A DNA stretch of 34,455 bases from Macrostomum lignano (taxonomy: Eukaryota): contig NIVC01004812.1 of NCBI GenBank assembly GCA_002269645.1, forward strand, positions 1-34,455, written 5' to 3'. The notes under the pieces are model-generated. The model searched no databases. It saw nothing but the letters and a program-made list of their open reading frames with translations, and was not told the origin of the DNA. This document shows positions 22,227-31,740 of the stretch, one piece after another. The position numbers and the translations under genes were made by a program. Each line of letters starts with the position of its first letter. Position 1 is the first letter of the stretch.

Positions 22227-22734
22227 TTTTAATGTTTAAAAAACATGTTTCTATCAATTTAATAATTTCTAAATATTGGTCACCATATAAAAAATTTAAA
22301 GCAAATTCCCCAGTTAACAAGGTAACTCCATTATCAAATACTTTTTGTACGGGGTTTTTAGTAGTATTATTAATGCAAATATAATATAAATCAAATTCGG
22401 GATTAACATATTTAAATTCTAATAACTTTTGAATATTTCTAAATCGACTTGATGAATTATCTGTGTTATCAGAAGATTTTAACTCTAACGCAACTTTTCT
22501 TTCTGTATGAATTAAATCAATTTTATTTACTTTTTCAAAACCAAAATGTTTAATAGCTAATAATTCATAAAGAGATCCAAGTCTCATTTGTATTGTTTTA
22601 ATACGGTTTGCAATTATTAATTCATCTTGAAATATTTTATTTAGTATTCTGTCAGAACCAACTTTATCATAAATAGGCTTACAAAGGTGGTCTTTTATTG
22701 TTTCATCCATTTTATAAAAAAATAAATTTAACAA
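22207..22734 (-). CDS. PD-(D/E)xK nuclease-like protein (type II restriction endonuclease-like)
   Basis: E...IDLIHTERKVALELK...NTDNS pattern recalls Eco47II-like enzymes of large DNA viruses; likely start MDETIKD at ~22710; overlaps the PLA2 start by 20 nt. Confidence 0.55.
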   Translation of the reverse strand: MLNLFFYKMDETIKDHLCKPIYDKVGSDRILNKIFQDELIIANRIKTIQMRLGSLYELLAIKHFGFEKVNKIDLIHTERKVALELKSSDNTDNSSSRFRNIQKLLEFKYVNPEFDLYYICINNTTKNPVQKVFDNGVTLLTGEFALNFLYGDQYLEIIKLIETCFLNIKNEPNSI

Positions 22735-22738
22735 TTAA

Positions 22739-23410
22739 TTAAACTCCAGTATGTCCAGCAGCTTTCGCAGCAGCCAAAACAAGTTCTCGCGGTGTTTTAA
22801 ATCCATCACCAACAGCTGGTTTGTTATTTATAGAATTAACAATCCATTTATACAAGCTGGTATTTTTAACAGCTCCTCCTAACTCATCATAAAAAATTCT
22901 AGCACTTATTGATTTATCCCTAGTATATAAATCGGGGTTAAATTTTACCCTAGGGTTCGTAATAATATTAAATGCTCCGCCCAATTCTCTATATAGTTCA
23001 TTTCGATCTTTAACAACGTTACCAATTCGATAATTACCACCACCTAAATCTGTCACAGCAATACTAGTTGGTGCAGGTCTCGGATATTGTTCAACTCCAC
23101 CCCTAATCTCTTCACGTCTAATTTCTGCAACTCTAAATATTGCTTGATCAGTCTCATAAGCAGGCGGCTCATCCAAAATTTCATCCTCTTTTGGCTCCGT
23201 ATTTTTAGCAATTTTTTCCAGAAGATCTTTATCTGTTTTTTCTAGTTCACTAATTTTCCCAGTAATAGGATTAACAAAAGGAGCAGCAAATCTTTCGCCA
23301 GCTAATTGTATTCCTAACTTTCTTTTTTGTAAATTTCTAACAAAATCAGAATATCTTTGCTTCTCTTTATAAATCGCTAACTCTCCATCAACGTCCATAA
23401 ATTGACTCAT
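22739..23410 (-). CDS. Polinton hypothetical protein (223 aa), possible virion core precursor
   Basis: Intact ORF with AAAAAATG start; several xxGG motifs. Confidence 0.6.
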   Translation of the reverse strand: MSQFMDVDGELAIYKEKQRYSDFVRNLQKRKLGIQLAGERFAAPFVNPITGKISELEKTDKDLLEKIAKNTEPKEDEILDEPPAYETDQAIFRVAEIRREEIRGGVEQYPRPAPTSIAVTDLGGGNYRIGNVVKDRNELYRELGGAFNIITNPRVKFNPDLYTRDKSISARIFYDELGGAVKNTSLYKWIVNSINNKPAVGDGFKTPRELVLAAAKAAGHTGV

Positions 23411-23444
23411 TTTTTAACATAAAAAACTTTTTTAACTTAAAAAA

Positions 23445-24917
23445 ATGGCTGAAACAAAAACTATGTGGAGTGATAAATTTCATTTCAAAAAGCACCGACA
23501 GTATATTAATGAGGTCAGAGCAAGAGATTTAAATTATACCCTACCAACAAGTGATAATTCAAATAACTTTACTACTGGAACGGTAACTTTTGACATCGGC
23601 GCAACCAACACTATATTGGATATGAAAAATGCGTTTTTCCGCGTTAGATGGTTGTATACTAGAAATGATGGAACTGCTCTTGCAGCCGGAGATATCGCAG
23701 ATCGATCCGGAATAATAATAGAAAATGATTGGTTTTATAAATGTTTTTCCCAAGCTCAACTAACTGTTAATGGTGCTGAGGTTGAGACATCATCAAACCC
23801 CGCAGAGATTAATGGAGTTTTGAAACATTTAAATTATACTTATTTATCAAAACAAGTTGGTGATAATGTTGGGTGGATGCCGGATAAAGGTAACGGTCAA
23901 GCAGTAGTTTTCCCTAATGTACAAAACGCAGCTGGTGCAGATACTGCAGCTCTAATTGCTTACCTTAATACAAACATAGTTCCAGTTGTAACCACTATGA
24001 CTAATACAAAAGATATTAACACCGGCTTTATAGATCGTCAGAAAAAATTCCCAGTTGCAGTTTTAACCACGGCAACGGCATATGAGCAGGACTTTTCAAT
24101 CTTCCCGCTATTTGGGTTCTTCTCACCAAATCGGGTATGGAAAGGATTAAAATTTGGGATACAGTTGCAAATATCTGGTGGATATCAGCCTAGGATACTT
24201 TATGGAACCTCAATTTCAACCGATATAGCAGTTCGTATAGATTCAATTCAATTAGTCGTACCAACTATTGAGGTAACAGCCCCACTTTTAAAACACATCG
24301 ATAATCAGTTAACGCATGATCAGGAAATATTTTATTTGAATCGTCGACATTTTATGCGAACCATTAATAATAACCAGGATTCATTCCAGTGGCAAATACT
24401 GACATCAAAACGTCGGGTGAGATATATTTTTGTTTGGTTTAAGATAACAAATAGAAGGAGTAAAAGAGCAAATGGGGATTTATATTGGCTTCAATCCGGT
24501 GCCATAGCAGAACAAGCAGCCACCGCAACAGACAATGCGGCTGCAGCTATTAACGAGTTTAATGTTCAGAATATCCGCCTGCAGGTTGATGATCAATATT
24601 ATCCGGTTAAAGACCCCCTAAATTTAAATATAGCAAATAATAATGTTAATGATTTTATAAAATATTATCAAGATTATGCTAAAAATGAAGCGTATGCCGT
24701 CCCTCAGTACACACCCACAGAGTTTCTAAACATTCATCCAGTGGTTGTTTATGATCTAACGGCACAGAAAGAAAACGTAGCCAATATTGGACTTAATTAT
24801 ATGTTAGAGATTAATAAAACCGGTAATCAGGCACTTGACGCCCACGTATTGTTTCTAGAGGAATATATGTCAATTGCTAAAGCTGATGGCACGATTGTTC
24901 GGGACGCGCCACTTTAG
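23445..24917 (+). CDS. Major capsid protein (double jelly-roll, Polinton PY)
   Basis: FSQAQLTVNGAEVE, RYIFVWFK, NVQNIRLQVDDQYYP..PLNL, PVVVYDLTAQKE match Polinton MCP patterns; 490 aa, intact. Confidence 0.85.
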   Translation: MAETKTMWSDKFHFKKHRQYINEVRARDLNYTLPTSDNSNNFTTGTVTFDIGATNTILDMKNAFFRVRWLYTRNDGTALAAGDIADRSGIIIENDWFYKCFSQAQLTVNGAEVETSSNPAEINGVLKHLNYTYLSKQVGDNVGWMPDKGNGQAVVFPNVQNAAGADTAALIAYLNTNIVPVVTTMTNTKDINTGFIDRQKKFPVAVLTTATAYEQDFSIFPLFGFFSPNRVWKGLKFGIQLQISGGYQPRILYGTSISTDIAVRIDSIQLVVPTIEVTAPLLKHIDNQLTHDQEIFYLNRRHFMRTINNNQDSFQWQILTSKRRVRYIFVWFKITNRRSKRANGDLYWLQSGAIAEQAATATDNAAAAINEFNVQNIRLQVDDQYYPVKDPLNLNIANNNVNDFIKYYQDYAKNEAYAVPQYTPTEFLNIHPVVVYDLTAQKENVANIGLNYMLEINKTGNQALDAHVLFLEEYMSIAKADGTIVRDAPL

Positions 24918-25000
24918 TGTCGCAGTGCAAAGCACGTCGCCCCCGCTGTAAGCGGTGCAGGTCTCCGACCGTCGCGCCTATTTAAATTATTTCTTTAAAA

Positions 25001-25755
25001 ATGGTAAAGGCAAAACACGATAAGATATTTCCAAATGATCCTTTTCTTTGTTTAGTAATCGGAGGATCAGGTAAAGGAAAAACACACTTTGTTTACGATT
25101 TATTAACAACAGATGGAATGTTAGACTATAATAATTTAATAATTTATACTAACAAACCTAGAAAAAATATTATGAATTTCTTAAACATGGATTAAAAAAC
25201 AAATTAAAAAAAGATGTCTTGTTTAGAATGTTAGGAGCATATGAGCAATATGAGGATGATGACGAACCGCGATTTACACTCGATGACATTGAGGATTTAT
25301 GTAAAACAATGGCACAACAACCAGAAAACATCACCGAACGAGCCCCAACTGTTAGAGTATCAACCCGATTAGCCTATGATCAAATTCCAAAACATGATAA
25401 AACACTAATTATTTTTGATGATTGTATTAATGACGGTGATCAAGAATTGCAAAAGGAAATTTTTGTTAGTGGTAGAGGAGATGGAATTGGAGCTTTTTAT
25501 CTAACACAGTCCTTTAGAGAATTAGAATCGATTATAAAAAAGAATGCAAGTTGTTGTGTAATGTTTGATTTAGATAATTATGATTTACAAAATATACACG
25601 CTAGATTTAATCCTGGGTTGGATACAAAACAATTTAAAAGCTTGTGTAAAAAAATTTGGGATGATAGCCAATACAAACATATATATATCAACCCAAGGTT
25701 AGAAAGGAAAAATCGAATCTTAAAAGATCTGATGAAAGAGGACGATGAGGATTAA
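25001..25755 (+). CDS. FtsK/A32-like packaging ATPase, one frameshift near 25155-25165
   Basis: Walker A GGSGKGKT, Walker B LIIFDD, SGR...IGAFYLTQS; the two ORFs join via EKYYEFLKHGLKNK in the second frame. Confidence 0.88.
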
Positions 25756-25770
25756 TTTCCCACTATAAAA

Positions 25771-26556
25771 ATGACTACAAATTTAAATACTATAAAACAA
25801 TTGGTAGATCGAACTAATTCAAAATTTAGTACAACCTTACAGTTTATAATGACAACCAGTGAACAACGTATTCAATTGCGCGACCCGTTACAACTTGATC
25901 AAAGCCTAAGTTATCAAATAGGTTTGATACTATTTTCGGTTTTTAACATGCCTCAATTAATTAATGCAACAAATAATCAATTTAGATATTCTAAAGATTC
26001 CGGAGCCAATTGGACAACATTTAGCGTTAACCCAGGAGCGTATTCCTATACCGATTTGAATGCTTATATAGAAGGAGAATTAACAACTAATGGAGATTGG
26101 GTATCAGGCGCAATTGTTATAGGGGTTGATTTACCATCTGGCAGATTCACACTATCACTAGGATCCGGATATCAGGTTGATTTCACAATTGCAAATTCAC
26201 TCAGAACCATACTCGGATTTAATTCCCGAATCGTTACCACATCAAGCACCGGCGATACTGTTGGAAATATTGAGGGTGGTGTTAATACAATTAATATTAC
26301 AACCGACATATCAAACGGCGGTTATATAACAGATAATAATGGAGTTTTGGTTCAACGTGGAATTATTTATTCAATCCCATTTCTTGCTGTTCCAATTGGA
26401 GAGAAAATGATTGTTTCACCCCAAACCCCAATATATTATCCTTTAAATCAATATAGTGTTCAATCAATTTATATTAGGATTGTAGATGAAAGCGATAGAT
26501 TAATAAGTTTTGGTGGGCAGTCAATAACAATAATTTTACGTATAAAACAGGTTTAA
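25771..26556 (+). CDS. Minor capsid protein (penton, single jelly-roll; PX)
   Basis: beta-rich; INITTDISNGGY...GIIYS....P.GEK..V.P..PIYYPL....VQSIYIRIVDESDRLISFGGQSITIILRIK is typical of Polinton mCP. Confidence 0.8.
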   Translation: MTTNLNTIKQLVDRTNSKFSTTLQFIMTTSEQRIQLRDPLQLDQSLSYQIGLILFSVFNMPQLINATNNQFRYSKDSGANWTTFSVNPGAYSYTDLNAYIEGELTTNGDWVSGAIVIGVDLPSGRFTLSLGSGYQVDFTIANSLRTILGFNSRIVTTSSTGDTVGNIEGGVNTINITTDISNGGYITDNNGVLVQRGIIYSIPFLAVPIGEKMIVSPQTPIYYPLNQYSVQSIYIRIVDESDRLISFGGQSITIILRIKQV

Positions 26557-26566
26557 TATTGTAAAA

Positions 26567-26737
26567 ATGGGTAACAATAGTTTAAAAAAACAAACGGAAA
26601 AAGTTCAAAATGCAAAGGATAATTATGAAATCGAACTAACAAAATTGAAACAACTGCAAGCAGAAAAAATCCGAAAGGAACTGTTAAAATCCAAACCAAC
26701 GAAACTAACCAAAACCAAGAGTTTTTCAGGAACATAA
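26567..26737 (+). CDS. Small basic protein (56 aa, MGNNSLKKQ...), below the ORF-track cutoff
   Basis: AAAAATGG start; fills the penton-protease gap exactly; Lys-rich. Confidence 0.5.
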   Translation: MGNNSLKKQTEKVQNAKDNYEIELTKLKQLQAEKIRKELLKSKPTKLTKTKSFSGT

Positions 26738-26738
26738 A

Positions 26739-27176
26739 ATGACTATGAATTGGCAGTTGTTCAAACAAAGATATGGAACAGACACAACAAGCAATATTGA
26801 ATTAACAAATTGGGCGCGACAACTAAAAATAAAACCATTCAGATGTGTTATGCGAGATGAGATCAAAGACTTACCACAATATGGATCTTTCATTGTTAAT
26901 ATTGAAACAACAAAAGAAAACGGGGTTCATTGGTCAGCAGTTTATTCAAAACCTAAACTTGTTTATTTTTTTGATTCATACGCGCTTCCTCCGTTACAGG
27001 AAATAAAAGATAAATTTAATCATACTAAAAATCGTTTATGTGGAGATCATCATGAACAATTTCAAACATTTGACAAAAGTTATTGCGGGCAAGCGGCGTT
27101 GTATTTTTTATATAAAATTAATAACTCTAAGGAAAGACCCGAAGCATTTAAAGCAATTTTAGATTCTATAAAATAG
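26739..27176 (+). CDS. Adenain-like cysteine maturation protease
   Basis: GVHWSAV (His), YFFDSY (Asp), QTFDKSYCG (Gln, Cys). Confidence 0.9.
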   Translation: MTMNWQLFKQRYGTDTTSNIELTNWARQLKIKPFRCVMRDEIKDLPQYGSFIVNIETTKENGVHWSAVYSKPKLVYFFDSYALPPLQEIKDKFNHTKNRLCGDHHEQFQTFDKSYCGQAALYFLYKINNSKERPEAFKAILDSIK

Positions 27177-27186
27177 ACAGTAAAAA

Positions 27187-29232
27187 ATGTTATTTTCTGG
27201 AACACCCTCATGGAACGGAACAACAAGTACTGGTGGAGGCGCATCTGGTGGAATAAGTGTTACATTCGGAGATAACCGATATATTAATGAAGATGAAGGT
27301 TATAAAAAAACTGAAATTGATAATAAACTAAATTTGAAACGGAATGTTGCAGATTCCTATACCAAAACTCAAATAGATGATTCATTAAATTTAAAACGCA
27401 ATACAGCCGATTCTTATACCAAAACCGAAGTTGATAATTCCCTAAATTTAAAACGGAATGTTGCCGATTCTTATACCAAAACTGAAGTTGATAATTCCCT
27501 AAATTTAAAAAGAAATATAACTGATTCTTATACCAAAACTGAAGTTGATAATTCCCTAAATTTAAAAAGAAATATAACTGATTCTTATACCAAAACTGAG
27601 GTTGATAATTCATTAAATTTAAAACGGAATGTTGCAGATTCTTATACCAAAACCGAAGTTGATAATTCCCTAAATTTAAAAAGAGATATAACTGATTCTT
27701 ATACCAAAACTGAGGTTGATAATTCCCTAAATTTAAAACGGAATGTTGCCGATTCTTATACCAAAACCGAAGTTGATAATTTAGTTGGAGGTGGAGCCCC
27801 AAAACAGGATCGATTCCAAACGGTTGAAACCGGACACGTACCAACTATGGCAGCTTGGAGTGGAAATGGTTTTGCAATATCCGCAAGCACAGCATTTAAT
27901 ACAACCGATTTTGCAAGTTGGAAAGCGTTTGATGGTAATGATTCAACAGATTGGGCAACAAATAATACTCAAACTGATTATTGGATTCAAGTCCAATGTC
28001 CATCCGCGATAATGTGTTATAAAATTGATTTACGTGGGAGACCATCACCATCAACCGAACACCCAGCATCATGGCGATTTGAGGGCAGTAATGACAATAC
28101 GAGCTGGGATGTTTTAATACCGGCTGGCAGTTCTGTAGAAATAAATAACTCAACTCAAACAATTAATGTCACACAAAATTTTGATAAAACATATTCATAT
28201 TTCAGATTGTTCTGTCTTACATCAACATCGGGTTCTACCAACCCCGGCTTATCAACTTTTCAGATTTATAGACAGACTTTTACAATTCTTGATTTAAATT
28301 TGGGAGTTGTTAATCAATCAATTGATATGGGTGGTAACACAATTACTAACATATCTACTATAAACAATAACAGTTCTGTTGTTACTAAAGGTTATGTTGA
28401 TACGCGAGTAACCCAAACGGCAGATGGCCGAATGTCTTTTAACGATAAAATAAAATTGGATGGCATACCGGCAATTGATGCCGCTTTGTACGAACCCGTA
28501 ATTTGCAATTGGACTGGGTATCAAAATCCAACCACTGCCGGCGATATTTTTCCAACAGGAAGTTTCGTTGGCGACGCTTCTTATATCGATTATCAAAATG
28601 GAGCTAGAATTACTCGTGAAACCTCAGGTGTAAGTGGTGCTTTACAATTTAATTTCACCCATTTTCGTAATATATCCGCCTCCTTCTATTTCCGAGTTGC
28701 TAATGCTACAGGAGATGGTGCTGACGCTGTTTGGTTTTATGCATACTGTCATGAACGACCAACAAGTGAATTTGGAACTGGATTAACAACCGACGCCGGC
28801 TTGATAGTGTTTGCGAGTGAATGGCATGACAGAGTTGGGGTTCTTTGGAGTAATAAAAAATCAGACGGAGCAACAGTTCGTAATGATGTTCTTAATGACG
28901 CCGATCAAACGATAACTTATGCAAATATTGATAATGGCGATTGGCATTTATTTGAAATTAATATTTTAAATCAAAGAGTTTGGTATCAATTAAGATCATA
29001 CAATGTTTCAACCAAAGTTTATACACTAATTGGGCAAAACTTTTTTACATATGATAGCGGAACTTGGGGAGAGTTGGATAAAACAGGAACTCTTATGGGG
29101 TTTGGTGCTCGAACTGGAGGATCGGATGCTGCACATTTTATTCGTGGTGCCGCCGTTTGTGGTAGCACATCAGCAGGCTATGATTTTGCTGCGACCGCAT
29201 ATTTGGAACAACCACCCACACAGATCAGCTAA
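27187..29232 (+). CDS. Fibre/receptor-binding protein: 19-aa YTKTEVD repeat stalk, discoidin (F5/8C)-like domain and lectin-like domain
   Basis: ~8.5 x 57-bp repeats (27301-27780); KAFDG...W...YWIQV...W.FEGSND...W...YSYFRL; VVTKGYVD; GDGADAVWF...GDWH...GFGARTGG. Confidence 0.75.
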   Translation: MLFSGTPSWNGTTSTGGGASGGISVTFGDNRYINEDEGYKKTEIDNKLNLKRNVADSYTKTQIDDSLNLKRNTADSYTKTEVDNSLNLKRNVADSYTKTEVDNSLNLKRNITDSYTKTEVDNSLNLKRNITDSYTKTEVDNSLNLKRNVADSYTKTEVDNSLNLKRDITDSYTKTEVDNSLNLKRNVADSYTKTEVDNLVGGGAPKQDRFQTVETGHVPTMAAWSGNGFAISASTAFNTTDFASWKAFDGNDSTDWATNNTQTDYWIQVQCPSAIMCYKIDLRGRPSPSTEHPASWRFEGSNDNTSWDVLIPAGSSVEINNSTQTINVTQNFDKTYSYFRLFCLTSTSGSTNPGLSTFQIYRQTFTILDLNLGVVNQSIDMGGNTITNISTINNNSSVVTKGYVDTRVTQTADGRMSFNDKIKLDGIPAIDAALYEPVICNWTGYQNPTTAGDIFPTGSFVGDASYIDYQNGARITRETSGVSGALQFNFTHFRNISASFYFRVANATGDGADAVWFYAYCHERPTSEFGTGLTTDAGLIVFASEWHDRVGVLWSNKKSDGATVRNDVLNDADQTITYANIDNGDWHLFEINILNQRVWYQLRSYNVSTKVYTLIGQNFFTYDSGTWGELDKTGTLMGFGARTGGSDAAHFIRGAAVCGSTSAGYDFAATAYLEQPPTQIS

Positions 29233-29302
29233 TGCTGCGACCCTACGGGGCGATCGCCTAAGGCGCGGACTTCGTCCGATCAGTTAAATATTTCTATATA
29301 AA

Positions 29303-29629
29303 ATGGCTTTTAGTAGAACTCCATCGATGCGGCAAAATAATGTTATTATTCCTATTCCTAAACAAGAATCAAATATAAAAACATTCAAATCTCATACCAA
29401 ATTTTTATTTAGTACTGTAAATGTTCAGGATAATAAGAAGCTTCAAGAATTAATTAAGTTATTAAAAAATCATATTATACTTCAAGAGTTTTGGAAAATA
29501 GGATTTAAATGGGAGAAAAAAGAAAGAATCACTCCAATACAATACCTATTGAGCTCGGGACAAATCCCCAAAGAGCGCGGGGAATTCATTTTGGTGCTAT
29601 TAAAAATAGACGAGAATGTCGGTATCTGA
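29303..29629 (+). CDS. Polinton hypothetical protein (108 aa)
   Basis: Intact ORF with TAAAATGG start; overlaps the next gene. Confidence 0.55.
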   Translation: MAFSRTPSMRQNNVIIPIPKQESNIKTFKSHTKFLFSTVNVQDNKKLQELIKLLKNHIILQEFWKIGFKWEKKERITPIQYLLSSGQIPKERGEFILVLLKIDENVGI

Positions 29630-30272
29630 AGCAGATAAATGGGAACGCGACCGGTTCAACCAACGTAAAGGTCAGATGTTAAGTAATGTTGATCGTATTA
29701 ACTATGATTATGATTTATATACTAAAAAAGTAAGAAGAGTTTCAAACCATATAAGAAATATGGACTTTTTCAATATTGGATTTGGAAGCTTATCAATGTT
29801 ATGTGTAATCGTTTTAGGTATTTTACAATCTATTCCAACTCTTAATTTATCTCAATTATTTTTAGGTATTTCAATTGGCTCAATATCAGGTTTTGAATTG
29901 ATCAGAAACTTATCAATACTTTTAGCAATTAAATTATATCTTAAAAAAAGAAAGGAAAAATATAAATCATTAAGAGATGTTGCCAAGCAATATAAAAATC
30001 AGTTATATTTATATGTGCAAAAAATATTGGATGACGGAGAGATAACGATTCATGAATTATCAACCGCGGTTGAGTTATATGAAAAATATTTAAAAGATAG
30101 AAATAGAATTTTAGATGTTGAAACTTTTACCGATATGGAATTAAAAGAGTTGAGACTCGATAAACCCAAAGCTCCACCGATAGAAACATTAGGCATTTAC
30201 GAACCTGAAACTATTGCTACTGGGGCACAAAGCCCGCGGTCAGGAAGTGCGGTAGAACTTCAGGTTGTTTAG
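29616..30272 (+). CDS. Two-TM protein of a type common in Polintons
   Basis: Two hydrophobic segments followed by KKRKEKYKSL and KILDDGEITIHE pattern. Confidence 0.65.
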   Translation: MSVSEADKWERDRFNQRKGQMLSNVDRINYDYDLYTKKVRRVSNHIRNMDFFNIGFGSLSMLCVIVLGILQSIPTLNLSQLFLGISIGSISGFELIRNLSILLAIKLYLKKRKEKYKSLRDVAKQYKNQLYLYVQKILDDGEITIHELSTAVELYEKYLKDRNRILDVETFTDMELKELRLDKPKAPPIETLGIYEPETIATGAQSPRSGSAVELQVV

Positions 30273-30752
30273 TTTTTCTAATGCATATGTTATATATTCT
30301 TCCCAAAGTGGTAACTCTCTTCTGATCCTAGGTTTAAATTTTTTATCAATACATAAAAATTCCAATGACTTTTTCAGTAACATTTCGTTAGGTATGTTAC
30401 CTATCCTTATAAACTTTGTATTCTCTCGAATAAGAAAATTGAAATAATATCCAACTAAAATTAAAATCCTTTCGGAGTCTTTCGAACTTAATCCCTTTCC
30501 TTTATTTAAATGGAAAAAGTTATTATATAAATAAACATTATTTCCGGGAATTAAAATTGGATCAGAAATGTCTCTTGTAAGATTTCTTAAAATTGTATTT
30601 TTAAAATAGTAATATGAGTTTTCAATCTTTTTTGTTTTTTCAAATTGATATATTTTAGAACATGAATAACACATATGATATATATCTCCGTTTGCTGTTT
30701 GCCCTCTGTGCATAGTCACATTACATTTATTACATTCGTAAATGTCTTTCAT
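30240..30752 (-). CDS. Hypothetical protein with N-terminal Zn ribbon
   Basis: CNKC...CYSC; AAAAAATG start. Confidence 0.6.
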   Translation of the reverse strand: MKDIYECNKCNVTMHRGQTANGDIYHMCYSCSKIYQFEKTKKIENSYYYFKNTILRNLTRDISDPILIPGNNVYLYNNFFHLNKGKGLSSKDSERILILVGYYFNFLIRENTKFIRIGNIPNEMLLKKSLEFLCIDKKFKPRIRRELPLWEEYITYALEKLNNLKFYRTS

Positions 30753-30778
30753 TTTTTTGTTATTTTTTTAGATTAAAA

Positions 30779-31111
30779 ATGGAGAGCTGGTTCAAAACCG
30801 ATTCTAATGTGATTAATTATCTCACACCCAATATGTTGGAGAATAAAGAATATAATATTATATGTTTGAGACAGGTTAAATTTATTGGGCTTCAATCAAT
30901 ATTTTTACAATTAGATGGGCAAAAAATTTTATGTCTAAGCGGAGATGATGTTAAAAATTTTCCTGTTTTAGTTATTAATAAACCTAAAGCGTTTGTTATG
31001 AAATACTGCAACGAGGGTGGATTGCAATTTAAACTAAAACAAACAAATAATAAAAAGAGTGATAGGACTGTAAAATTGGCGGCTGTTTGGGAGGATGACG
31101 ACGAAGACTAA
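30779..31111 (+). CDS. Polinton hypothetical protein (110 aa)
   Basis: TAAAAATGG start, acidic tail. Confidence 0.55.
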   Translation: MESWFKTDSNVINYLTPNMLENKEYNIICLRQVKFIGLQSIFLQLDGQKILCLSGDDVKNFPVLVINKPKAFVMKYCNEGGLQFKLKQTNNKKSDRTVKLAAVWEDDDED

Positions 31112-31126
31112 ATTTTTTATAAGAAA

Positions 31127-31375
31127 ATGGATACGATAAAAATCCTTATCACTAAAGAGCGTGAACTTAATGATATTAATAAAAAAATAAATATAATTAT
31201 ATCTCAGAAATATCATGAGTATGGGGACGATATGTTTCCCATCCGATATGAAATGGATAAAAGAAAACGTTTTATTAAATCTGCAATTGCTTATGCTGAA
31301 ACAGTAATTGAAATCGAAATAGATAGGTTGGTTAGAAAAATAAAAAAACTTAGGAAAAAAATAAAGATTGTTTAA
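31127..31375 (+). CDS. Small coiled-coil/basic protein (82 aa)
   Basis: GAAAATGG start; K/I-rich helical sequence. Confidence 0.5.
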   Translation: MDTIKILITKERELNDINKKINIIISQKYHEYGDDMFPIRYEMDKRKRFIKSAIAYAETVIEIEIDRLVRKIKKLRKKIKIV

Positions 31376-31491
31376 GTTACCCTGACGACTGCGAGGAAAA
31401 TTGGCCTTCAATATTATATGAAATCGAAATGGATATTATGCTTAAACAATTACATGCTTTAGTTTTTTTCCGCCCCGAAGGGTCGCGGATT

Positions 31492-31740
31492 TTATCCGAT
31501 AAGTAATTTTTCTGTTAATCTCTTCCAGTTATTCAAGACTTTTTCCTTATTTAATTTTTTAAGTTCTTTTGGAAATGTTGAATAATAATTATCTATATCT
31601 TTTTCATATTCTAGAAATGTATTATATTCACAATCACATTCGGATTCACAATCACAATCGTAATAATAATTATTTATTGCCGCTTTGTATTCATTATATT
31701 TACTTATTATATCTTCTTTTTGTTTTTTATCTTTTATCAT
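31492..31740 (-). CDS. Small hypothetical protein (82 aa, CDCESECDCE)
   Basis: ATGA overlap with the PolB stop. Confidence 0.5.
   Translation of the reverse strand: MIKDKKQKEDIISKYNEYKAAINNYYYDCDCESECDCEYNTFLEYEKDIDNYYSTFPKELKKLNKEKVLNNWKRLTEKLLIG

Noticed and set aside
26553-28596. Small antisense or alternate-frame ORFs over penton and fibre
   Set aside because: Shadows of long viral genes
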